A stretch of 64,000 nt of DNA, from assembly GCF_001194135.2 (NCBI RefSeq), contig NC_068989.1:94440162-94504161 (forward strand), given 5' to 3'. Of the stretch, positions 52,471 through 64,000 are shown piece after piece; the stretch's first letter is position 1; each line of letters starts with the position of its first letter. Below the pieces are notes generated by a model. It saw only the letters and a program-made list of their open reading frames with translations. It had not been told where the DNA came from and made no database searches. The DNA is from Octopus bimaculoides (taxonomy: Eukaryota). The translations under genes were made by a program, and so were the position numbers.

Positions 52471-55444
52471 GTAAGTTTTTATGACATAGCGATAACGAGT
52501 TTTCATAAAAAAAAAACAGAAAAGCAGATATTATCGAAAAGAATTTAGCAATATTACCGTTTTTATCATTTGATACTGACATTTGAATACCGAAAGGTAA
52601 CTAGCCGAGACGTAGCAGGACTTCAGTAGTAATAACTGCCATATATTAGTACTTAGCATGAACATCAAATCAGGATTTGAATCTGGCAAGTCAGACAGGC
52701 GAGAACATTCTCTGTTAATGCACAGCTATAACTACGATAAGGATCAAATCTAACGCTCGAAACTGAAATGATAGCATTCTTAAACGTTTAGCTGTTACAT
52801 GTAATTTCATTGGCCTACGAATTTCATATCTCTTCAGTCTTGCTTTTTGTTGCAACTAGAGTATTCTATTTTACCACCGAGCGGCTTGATCACATGACAT
52901 CTCTACACAAGCCCTTATCAGATCTCATACTAACCATTCCGTATAATACTTGCTATCTAGAAGTCTCTCCCTAGTAATGCGCCTCAAAGGCCAGTTTTTC
53001 GCACTTCTATTTATGAGGAACAGCATATGTGCACACATTTCTGGTGTCTGCGAGATGAGGGGCCAAAATAGTCATGATCACGGCACCTTTCAACAGGCTT
53101 TTTATTTTATTAAAAACACATTTGCTGATATTGGACTGGATGAATGGGTTTAAATATCTCGAAGATGAAGCTAATTAGAAACGATAATTGAATATAAATT
53201 CTCCATTTTCCTGAAGATGTTTCAATATCTGTGGATTCAAGTGGTTGATTCTGGTTGCTCGATGATATATTTGATTTAGATCTATATACATATAGGGATT
53301 TGAAATCTTGTTAAAGATTAGATATATAGCAATATATTATTTTGCCTTGGAGCAAAGGACATATTGCCAAATATTTATCATCCTATATTCACAAAGTTAG
53401 CCTTCTCATATACTTCATTATAGCAACACGCTTCAAATTATATCATGAATATTTACTCCTTACATTTTGCAATATTAAATGTTTGTTTAATATTTCTATT
53501 ATGATATCAAATATTTATTGAAAGTTAGAGAATCTTAAACGAAGACTGTTTTATTAATTATGAAATATATATTTACAACAGCACTAGATTTCCTACAATT
53601 TTAAACAGTTCGCAAAAATAATTTCGTTCAAAGGTTTTCAGCAGGATCTACATGTTTGTACATCAAGAATGCCACATTTCAAGAATTGATAATATATTTC
53701 ATACATCAAATAATTTTCTCCAAATATATTCAAGTAGATCTGGCAAACATTTTATTGGCAAATTGTCACATATTGAACACGAACGAGAATGTTATTTGTT
53801 GTAATGTGGTGTGAAATGGCTCAAAGCTGATATTGAATTTTATGAGATATTCCACTTCCTGACCTTTCTAACATGACCAAATTTGAGGTCTTCTTATTTA
53901 CTGGGTTGACTGAAAAAAAGGTACGCCAAACGTTGATTGTTTCGTATGAGGGTTTCGAAACAAAACAATTTAAAAAGAATGACCATATAAAAAATATTTG
54001 CAACGCTTTACGTTTTTGCAAATGAAATATTTATATTACAATAAAGGTAAACGAAAATAATTTATGATTTTTTTTTCTATTGGATTCAGCTCAAAGCTGC
54101 GGCCATGCTGGGTCAAATTGTTTATTTTAATTTTAGTTTTGTGGGTATTCATTTCTGATGAATAAGATATTTGATCAGAACGTTCTATTTTTATACAATA
54201 TAGCACGACGGAATTACTCAATAAGTTGGTCTTTCTTTTCTAGCCTGATAAGATGAACAAATAGATTTGTTAGTTAACCGACTTTTGTGTTTTTCCCTCC
54301 TTGACCACTGAATAATTTGTTAGCTCTCGGGAGATTATGTTATCCTCTGGAGGTGTATGTTGCCTCCAGGTGGGTTGTTCATAGTATTTGTTTTCATTGG
54401 CTGAGAATGATGTGCAATATTTTATTCGAGTCGGTGGAAAGGAAGAAGTTACCTCAAACCAAAGACGTGTGCCGAATGCATGCAACTAAATGATTTCCGG
54501 TAAAGGCAACTAAGGCTGAGGCTGTGGTTTTAAAGCGGATGGGGAATTAAGTCTAACTCACAAGGACAAAAAAATGCAAACGGCTATGACAAATACTGCA
54601 AAAGACTTGATATACCCGGCGGCGTAATAATCCTGCGAATCCATTGCCCTGAAAAAAGTAATTTATTTCATCAAACCCGTAATAATGAAAAAGAAGTTGT
54701 GGATTCATGAGAATTTGAACTCAGCAAAACTGAACTGCAGAAAAGCAGAACAAATGCTATTGAAGTAGAGATGACTTAATCTACAGCTGTTCGCTTAATT
54801 TGGTGTTCCTCTATAGAGTACAGAAGGATTACACTAGTTACTCTTTGGGTTTTAATAATGCATATATTAGCTTTAGAGAATTGGATAACAGTATTAGTCA
54901 AAATCATAAAACTCTTAATCCAATGCCATTGTGAGTAGTAAGAATATATTCGTATTATACTTTATTTCTATGAAAAATCTTCATAAAAACTTGAAATTTA
55001 AGAATATATAAAATCAAAAAGATTTTGTTTTAAAATGTGCCTCTTAGTGCGCGCACACACACACATACACACACACACTATATTCAAATAATTTAATATT
55101 CTTATATTGGTATTCCATTCGAGTAATATTGTTTAAATAATTCTTCGATATATTATTATACTGATGACGAAGATGTAGACATAATTTCTTCCATATAGAC
55201 TTTTTTTAATACTATATGAATGCCTGTATTTTTACCAATATTAATACTTATTCATAATAGATATTAGAATATATGTACAGTTAAGCACCTAATTATATAA
55301 GAAATAACATAATTTATATATACAGAAGCTAAGATAAATAAAGATAAAGAAAAAGAACAAACAGTATCTACGTGAACCTCCCGGGTTTGGGTTCGCATAT
55401 CTCATGCGTTGCGCAAATCAGATGTTTCAATATAAAACGATGCA

Positions 55445-55600
55445 TTAAGGCAGGGACCTCGGAAGCTGCTTCGTGACATTTCGTCCGTCTTCACGTTCTC
55501 AGAATTTTACCGAGATCGATTTTGCCTTTCATTCTTCCGATAAAATAAGTGCCAACTGAATACTGGGATCGATGTTATCGACTAGCCGCCCCACCACCAC
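55445..55600 (+). mobile_element. Family 2 SINE
   Basis: catttcgtccgtcttcacgttct...gatcgattttgcctttcattc...gataaaataagtgcca...ctgggatcgatgttatcgact. Confidence 0.8.
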
Positions 55601-56847
55601 CACCATAAAATCTCATCTGGAGATATGTTTCTTAAGTCTTTTATTGATATGCAAAAGGAGTGCACATGGGCTATCTGTGGGCCTCCATGTTTAGGAGTAG
55701 AATGATGGAAGTTATACTCAAACCAGCCACCTGACGTGATTGTATGCCACTAATCGGATTCCATTGCAATTACCTAAGTTAGCAGATGATTGTTTAAGCC
55801 TATTGTTCGATCAAGTTCGCCACCTTAATAGGTCAAGCTGAAGTTCCAGTCAGAATATTGAAAACAAAAACAAATACTGCAACGTACTCGCAACGTCGTA
55901 GTGTGAGCGCCAACAATCTACGATCACATGTTCAAAAGACCTTCCATCTTAGGTTATAGAGAATTTGATGAGACACAGATAACAGCAATTTGCATAGGTA
56001 TCATAAACATTTACTGTGAGCACATAATATAAGATAAAATGAAATAAGGAAATAATTAAATAGCCTATACACCGAAGGTAGAATGCTCTACCACATGGAA
56101 AGTTACATATTGTGGCGTCTGTCTTAGTCGGAGAAGAAAACAGATCTGGAAGCGAATTTTAACGGCTCTCAAAGAAAAAATGGAACATAAATTGACGGAA
56201 TTCACGCCTCCAAGTTGATTATGATACTGAATCAAAAATGTGATAATCTTTGAAGATAATGGAAGATCAGGCACATACTTCGACGTAATAGCCGCCATCA
56301 GCATGGCTACATTTATAAAAACTTTTTTGGTCAGTTGATATCTATATTTTCTTACGAATTATTCTCTACACCCCACGTAATTTTGTATAACTAAAACATA
56401 AATAGCCCCAGTGAACTAGCACGGATAGGTGAAAAACCCGAAATTAGATATACAACGAATTAAGAATTAATCTCACCCAAAATATGATCGACATGCTTTG
56501 ATGGGGAAGTATGACCTTTTGTTTCAGACAAGAAGCATATATTTCTGTGTTTGTATCTATCAGATTTCATAAGAGGAGTATAACACAAAATAATCGTCAA
56601 TATTCTAGAAAACTAAAACTAAATGTTGGTGTTATCTATCTATCTAACTATCTATGATATNNNNNNNNNNNNNNNNNNNNNNNNNNNNNNNNNNNNNNNN
56701 NNNNNNNNNNNNNNNNNNNNNNNNNNNNNNNNNNNNNNNNNNNNNNNNNNNNNNNNNNNNNNNNNNNNNNNNNNNNNNNNNNNNNNNNNNNNNNNNNNNN
56801 NNNNNNNNNNNNNNNNNNNNNNNNNNNNNNNNNNNNNNNNNNNNNNN

Positions 56848-56878
<31 letters not shown>

Positions 56879-57853
56879 TGCATATATACATACGTATATG
56901 CACATACTAATATATATACGTATATATATATATATGCATATGTGGGCACAGGACGTCATGGAACGTGTACAACAAAAAAGTACGAAGCACAAGTCTTCTT
57001 GTTTGTCTCCTGTCCTAGCTTGATGTACGCGTTCACCACAACTTTGTTTAGGCTTAGCAGCTCTTCATGTTTGTTTTCACTGTCCTGTTTGTGTTATCTA
57101 TTTTTGAACCTCCGCAAAATCCCAAATTTTATTTAATCTGCTTTGCGGGAGCAACTGTTTTATGGAAAGCGTATATTGTTGTTAAATGTTCGAAATACGA
57201 GACTAGAAAAACAGCCAACAACTGATGAAAGGGCATTCTTTATGCTGTTTGTTTTGTTTTCCATTCGTGTCTTTCGTTAATATGCATATACTTATATATA
57301 TATGTATATATTATTTATATTATTATACGATTGAACGCCACGCATCCTCTCAAAAGTATANNNNNNNNNNTATATATATCCGAAGTGTCATAAAGAGAGT
57401 CGGCAAACTACATTGGAGAATTTCAAAAACTGGTATTAAATTCCGAAGACATTTGAGATACCAAATATATAATATGAAGAATGCCATAAATGCTTATTGT
57501 ATTATATTGGTTTCAACTAGTTTCAGATGTTGGCTCAAGGCCCCTATTGCATTATATTACAAGATCATTATAAATATCTCGGTTACACTTGGACACAAAT
57601 ACACAAACACACATTAACGTTTATATTTAATTTGTAAATGGCAGAAAACCGGAACTTATGACATGTTGAATGACACAGACGACATTTTAGCATAACTTGA
57701 GGCCATACTAGTACAATGCATTTGCCTTTGACAACTGATAACACATTCATCTCCTTAAGATTGCGTTATTCCTCGATGCTATATTTGCTATATTTCCCAG
57801 AGAGAAAATACTGGAATATAGTCTTTTTCGTATCACATAATTTATAGAACAGA

Positions 57854-57900
<47 letters not shown>

Positions 57901-60104
57901 NNNNNNNNNNGAATGTATTTATCCTCATTGTTACTGTTGTGGCTATGGAATTAAGAGATGTGTTGCTGCGCGCATACATATGTATGTATATACACGCACG
58001 CATGAGAGTGAGTACGGGGGGATTTACACAGCACACGTGTGTGGGGGGGGGCGCAGGCAGGCTAGCATCTTGACCGGCCACTGGCTATCCAACCGTAGCT
58101 AAGCGTAGGCAGTTTAAAACAATAGTTGCCCAATTGGAAGGAGGAAGTTAGCGGTAGTAATCAACCCTCCCCCACTAGCAGCAGAATGCTAGAGCCGTTG
58201 GAAGAGGCAACAGGATATCTTACATCGCTAAGTTTGAAAGTTTGGCATATTATTGTTGTTGTTGTTGGTGGTGTTGTTGTTGTTGTTGTTGTTGTTGTCA
58301 CCGTCATCTTCACTGTTATTGCTACTAGAACATTAATTGCTACTAGAATATTAATAACTTGTATAAAATGAACTTCTACATAGAACCTTCCAATATATAC
58401 AGAAATGACACACACTCAACAAAACCTCCTTTCTAAAAAACACTTCCAGCTTTCTAGATACGGCTAATAGAGCTGATGCCACAAACAACGTATGTGGTGG
58501 AATGTTTGCTTATAAAAACTTGTATATGCACACATGAGAGTAAGGGGACATCCGAGTAAGGCTGTGCACACGAACCAACACATATAGATGTGCATTGGAG
58601 TGCCTATAGCGATCTATCTATAATGTTTGTAGGCTTTTTGGGTGCCTTGTGTTTCTAAGGGTTTTTTGACATATATCTTTTCTATATGTTTGCATGTCCC
58701 ACATGCAATACCNNNNNNNNNNNNNNNNNNNNNNNNNNNNNNNNNNNNNNNNNNNNNNNNNNNNNNNNNNNNNNNNNNNNNNNNNNNNNNNNNNNNNNNN
58801 NNNNNNNNNNNNNNNNNNNNNNNNNNNNNNNNNNNNNNNNNNNNNNNNNNNNNNNNNNNNNNNNNNNNNNNNNNNNNNNNNNNNNNNNNNNNNNNNNNNN
58901 NNNNNNNNNNNNNNNNNNNNNNNNNNNNNNNNNNNNNNNNNNNNNNNNNNNNNNNNNNNNNNNNNNNNNNNNNNNNNNNNNNNNNNNNNNNNNNNNNNNN
59001 NNNNNNNNNNNNNNNNNNNNNNNNNNNNNNNNNNNNNNNNNNNNNNNNNNNNNNNNNNNNNNNNNNNNNNNNNNNNNNNNNNNNNNNNNNNNNNNNNNNN
59101 NNNNNNNNNNNNNNNNNNNNNNNNNNNNNNNNNNNNNNNNNNNNNNNNNNNNNNNNNNNNNNNNNNNNNNNNNNNNNNNNNNNNNNNNNNNNNNNNNNNN
59201 NNNNNNNNNNNNNNNNNNNNNNNNNNNNNNNNNNNNNNNNNNNNNNNNNNNNATCCTCTAATTCCTTATGTACTTTGTACTTCTATATGTAAACCATGTT
59301 GGCAAAATAACATAGTCTGCCATGGACACCTGTGCTTGGTTCTTTCTTTCTTTCTTTTTCTTTTCTTCCTCCCTTTGTCACTTTTGCTATGAATTAAATT
59401 AATGAATTCAACGGGATACGCCGTCTGCAAGTAGTTGGGTTCAGCATATTATCCTCCATTTTCTAATTGTTACACAAATTTTGGGTAAAACCTCCACTTT
59501 TACCCGCTCCCATTGATTGCACCTAGTATAGCACTAGCGTAGCAATAATTGGGTACCCTCCCAGCAGTATACTGGATAGATACTATCCCTTAGTGGGTTG
59601 TACCCCCAACCCCTATATATATATATACACACTCTAAATTTACTTTCGACTAGCAAATATTCTAGTATGGCTTGTATACCTTGTATACTTGCATGCTAAA
59701 CTTTGAATTAGGAAAAACAACTTCATGGTTAACCTCTCTGGAAACGATAACACAAATATCACGCTGACTTGAATTTTAAAACTAGGACTTTCGAATGACA
59801 ATATATTTCAATTACATATTACAAAAAATAAATCTGATACATCCGGCAAATGTATGAAGAAGCTGTGGGTGTATCACACCACAAGTGGAGAAGGTTCATT
59901 TCAAATACTAGGCTAATTAAATTTGCTCCATTGATGCCTTTTGAATAGTTATGTGCTCATAAATCTTATCTAGCCGTTCTTCTAATATACTGAAGATTTA
60001 CAACTTGACGAAATGTACCAATATTGATTTATTTTATTCCAGAATTATTTAATCTCAAATCTGATTGGAATTTACTATAATGATATTATTTTTCGTGAGT
60101 TTAA

Positions 60105-60300
60105 TGCAACAGAATCAGTAGCGCGTCGAACAAAATACTTAGCGGTATATCTTGCGGCTCATTACGATTTGAGTCCAATTCCCCCCGTGGTCAACTTTGC
60201 CTTTCATCCTTATGAAAAGAACGAGTGAAGAACTGGAACGATGTAATAGACTCGTCCCGTCCCCTAAAAATTGCCGGCCTGGCGCCAATGGTAGAAGCTA
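60105..60300 (+). mobile_element. Family 2 SINE
   Basis: aatacttagcggtat...gagtccaattcccc...gtcaactttgcctttcatcct...cccctaaaaattgccggcctggcgcc. Confidence 0.8.
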
Positions 60301-61130
60301 TTATTTTTCATGAGTCCTTAAACTGTTACTTATCAATAAAAATAAACTAATTTGGATTTAGTTGGTTATGCTTTCATCTGTCAAAATTGTTCTTGCGAAG
60401 GGCTATAAGAAATATATATTTCTGAAATCATGATGAGGACATTCTTTTGTTGCTCAAGAATATTATTCAATATTGTTTTTAGTTTTTCTTGCATATCTTC
60501 TCAAACAGCGATGTATATATAACTGAAGTGCTGTAACACTTCATTGCTTCTTCCTCCACGACGGTTGCTAGGAAAATATAAGGATTCTATTTCGAAAACA
60601 ATTCATAGATTCTTATAAATTTTGTCCTTTTTACATCAAAACTGAACTATAAATTCTCTTTTGTTCAAAAGACATAATGTTGTTTGCATGCACTAAAAAA
60701 AGCACTTATACGAACGCTAACGATTGATTTGGATAATTATGTAAATGCGTATGTTACGTAATACAGAGTCTGTAATTAAAAATATCTGTTTAAAAATATC
60801 ATTAGAACAAGCTATTTCTAGAAATATCTAAAATGAAACTGAATTGTATGAGTTGATGTTTTTGAGTTTTTTTTTCAATCTATTATTTGATCATTCTACA
60901 GTGTTGTCTCAGTCATTCGACTGCTGAACGCCGGAGAATCTCCTCGTAAAATATTAATCGATCATAGCAATGTTAGTATTTAGTCCAATGTGATAATTAT
61001 TTTAGCTGAATCATACGTGTTGAACAAGTTTTAGAAGAAAAGAATACATTTACAACACCAGTAAATTAGTTTACGTTTAAACACGTACATTCTACAACAT
61101 ACACACACATGCACACACACTCACACACAC

Positions 61131-61174
<44 letters not shown>

Positions 61175-61176
<2 letters not shown>

Positions 61177-61337
61177 GAGAATGTACGAAAAAAAAACAAC
61201 AACAGACGAGGACAGGTGGTGTAAACAACAAAAGGATGTATTAGTATGACGCTCGGGAATACGGAAAGTCTTTAACGTTTCGAGCTACGCTCTTCGACAG
61301 AAAGCATACGGAGAAAACAAGGAGAAAAACACGGGGA
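61175..61337 (-). mobile_element. Family A PLE-like repeat, inverted copy of 2845-3005
   Basis: Reverse complement is about 90% identical by eye; adjoins (TA)n. Confidence 0.75.
61270..61304 (-). ncRNA. Minimal type I hammerhead-like motif with variant core (CUGUCGA)
   Basis: Minus strand: CTTT-CTGTCGA-A-GAGC-GTA-GCTC-GAAAC-GTT-AAAG; palindromic AACGTT stem III. Confidence 0.6.
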
Positions 61338-61364
61338 GAAACATATTCATATACACACAAATAC

Positions 61365-61700
61365 ATTCACGTATATGTATATACATATACATACATGCAT
61401 ATATATATACATCACTAGAGCTGTAAAAATCTGTAAAGCTTTCCAGAAGTTTATCATTTAAGCATATGTGAACGCGTCTAGATATACAAGTACATGCATG
61501 ACAATCACATGAAACAAAACATACAAAACATACATATATGCACGCATATATACATACACACATACATGCATACACATATGCATACACGCACACAAATGCA
61601 TACATACATGCATACATACATGTATACATACATGCATACATACATACATACATACGTGCATATATACATACATATATACATACATACATGCATGCATAGA
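61365..61700. repeat. Degenerate (ATAC)n/(AC)n block
   Basis: Directly visible; source of the MYVC/HTYM ORFs in the track. Confidence 0.9.
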
Positions 61701-61756
61701 AACCAGCACCTTCTCCAGAAAAATGATTTAAAAACGGTTAAATGCAGAAGAGATAG

Positions 61757-62143
61757 CCATATGTAGCTGAGTCCTCAGAGAAAGCTGTCGAATATATTCG
61801 ACTTAGAAACATCTTGAAACCATGGTTCGTAGAAAACTTCTCTACTTCGAAACAAACTTTGAGCAACACACCATTCTCATCAAGACATGGAAAACATCCA
61901 GTGGCGCGCATGCTAAAGATTATTGACAATGATGATAGAAATCACATGCCGTTATATGGTGTTAATTACAGGAATAAGGATACCTTCCTATGCACAGCTG
62001 CTGCCACTCCTAAAGAAAACGTAGGAGAAATATGCTGCATACATGTTTATACAGCTATTGCACAAAAGGAAGCTAGATGGAAAACTAAACATCAACAACC
62101 GGCACTGCCATATTGGATGGTTAACAATGATAATAAAATGTAA
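61757..62143 (+). other. Unassigned 128-codon open frame
   Basis: Open from 61757 to the stop at 62143; non-repetitive; weak resemblance to the MULE motif (MPL..GVN). Confidence 0.2.
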
Positions 62144-63559
62144 AGGGAATAATGATTTCATAAGTCGCTAATTGCTCCTTATGAAGAAATCATCAAAACT
62201 TTATGGTGTCGCTTCACACCAACCTATTAAGGGAAAGCTAATTACTCAAAAACATAAACTCAAGACCCTGAGCGAATAACATCGCTACGTCTGGCAAAAT
62301 TTTCAATGTGACTGTAAATCACGTTTGCGTGAAACCCGAAGGATAAGAGCTGTTCCGGTATATAACCTGAATCTAAAGAATTTCTCTAGAGGTTTTTAAG
62401 AGGGACTCCAAGTTGGTGTCTACATTCCTTCAAACGACTAGCGGGGAATCCACCAGAACTTACAGCAGAATAGTATTTGATTTCATTTATTGCAGCTATA
62501 ATGTCTGAAGCAGTGAAAGTTATGAGCCAGATTATAAGTTGACCATACATACATACATACGTTATTTTTAAAATATATATATATATATATATATATATGA
62601 TATATTTTTGTATATATATATATATATGATATATTTTTGTATATATNNNNNNNNNNNNNNNNNNNNNNNNNNNNNNNNNNNNNNNNNNNNNNNNNNNNNN
62701 NNNNNNNNNNNNNNNNNNNNNNNNNNNNNNNNNNNNNNNNNNNNNNNNNNNNNNNNNNNNNNNNNNNNNNNNNNNNNNNATATATATATATATATATATA
62801 TAAATATATATATATATGTATATTTATATTTATATATATATGCTTATATCTATATCCGTTTCTCTCTCTCTGTGTATTTATCTGTATGAAAGCAGATGCA
62901 CATTATAGTTAAGAATGTATTCATAAAATCTGCATCAGTGTACATGTTATTACAGCTCAATATACGCTGGTTTCTTTTTCACTTGAATGACTTTTCTAAG
63001 GCAGTTTTTGAAAACCTGGCATGATAAAATCAGGAATTTTTGTCGCAGTAGGTTTTATGCAAACTGGCCGTTATAAAGTTAACATGTATTACAAACGAGT
63101 ACATGAATTTACAAATAAATGAATGTAACATGCACTTCCGTAGTTTGGATCAAATAAGCTATTTCACCTTGTAAAATATAAGTGAGATGATATAAATTGT
63201 TGATTTTATATCACCTGAACAAGGTAGCGTTATTCCAGAGAGAAATAATATTAGACTTAATTTCCGCTATAAGTATGAGAATTTACACCTGTAATATATC
63301 GTCGCTGATTAAAATTCAACACCTATTTAACCGACAGAAAAGCACTTTCATGTAACTGCATTGTTTTTATGACACATCCACATATTTTATGACAACCATA
63401 AAAACAACAGTGATATCAAAATTTTAAGAATTTGTTCAAAGCAATTTTCAACGAAATGTTAATGTGAAATGGATATATTCACTAAAATTTTCAAACTGGC
63501 ATTCTCTCAGTGACGACGAGTGTTCCATTTGGTCTGATCAACAAAACATTCCGCTTGTA

Positions 63560-63845
63560 AACTTTACGTGTAAGTGGCTGAGCACTCCTCAGACACGTGA
63601 ATCTGTAAAATCATTCTCAGGGAGGTCCAGCGTGACAGACGATGTGATACGGCTGGTACGACTCATTTTTGCCAATCCAGTGAAATAGAATTTGCAGCAC
63701 CAGCTCCCAACTCCCAGTCCCAATCCACTGGACTGGAGTAACGTGAAATGATATATCTTGCTCAAGGACATAATGGGCCGCGTGGAATTGAAATCATGAC
63801 CTTTCGATCGTGATCTCAATTGACTCACCACTAAGCCACACACCT
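63560..63845 (-). mobile_element. CORE-type SINE, near full length (same family as 30596-30775)
   Basis: gtggctgagcactcc...cagcgtgaca...actcatttttgcca...ggactggagtaacgtgaaat...cttgctcaaggaca...cactaagccac. Confidence 0.88.
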
Positions 63846-63888
63846 TTGTGTAATTATATATGAATGGGAGGGCGTGCATGTGTGTATG

Positions 63889-63936
<48 letters not shown>

Positions 63937-64000
63937 TGTCTGTATGTATCTATATCCTTATAATACGCGCACACACATATGTATAAGTGGTGGCGCAATA

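Noticed and set aside
57022-57070. Minus-strand HHR-like ATGAAGA...GAACGCGTA
   Set aside because: Both core halves are mutated and the stems do not pair convincingly; possibly a dead relic but not supportable.
58126-58371. Small single-pass membrane protein (LKVWHIIVVVVGG..., TMIE-like)
   Set aside because: The hydrophobic stretch is a (GTT)n microsatellite, and the conserved Cys/RIPRT features of TMIE are absent.

Overview
AT-rich, microsatellite-dense eukaryotic DNA with 14 N-gaps, most flanked by (TA)n/(TG)n. The SINE families suggest an octopus genome; this is inferred from recognition and was not checked against a database. No complete protein-coding gene, real tRNA/rRNA gene or CRISPR array is supported, and most listed ORFs are microsatellite or gap artefacts. 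The window is mainly intronic or intergenic. It contains about 20 tRNA-derived SINE copies or fragments from several families, Tc1/mariner fragments, a hAT MITE with an 8-bp TSD, a probable solo LTR, a 5'-truncated R4/Dong-clade retrotransposon in (AAT)n, and Penelope-like (PLE) remnants. The strongest signal is six minimal type I hammerhead-ribozyme (HHR)-like motifs in four unrelated repeat families. One lies in the body of a tRNA-headed SINE that also hosts the Dong insertion, and one family shares a non-canonical core (CUGU(U/C)GA). None has been tested for cleavage, and several are visibly decayed. Also present are a 232-bp near-perfect palindrome, a GC-rich palindrome cluster and several weak candidate exons on both strands.
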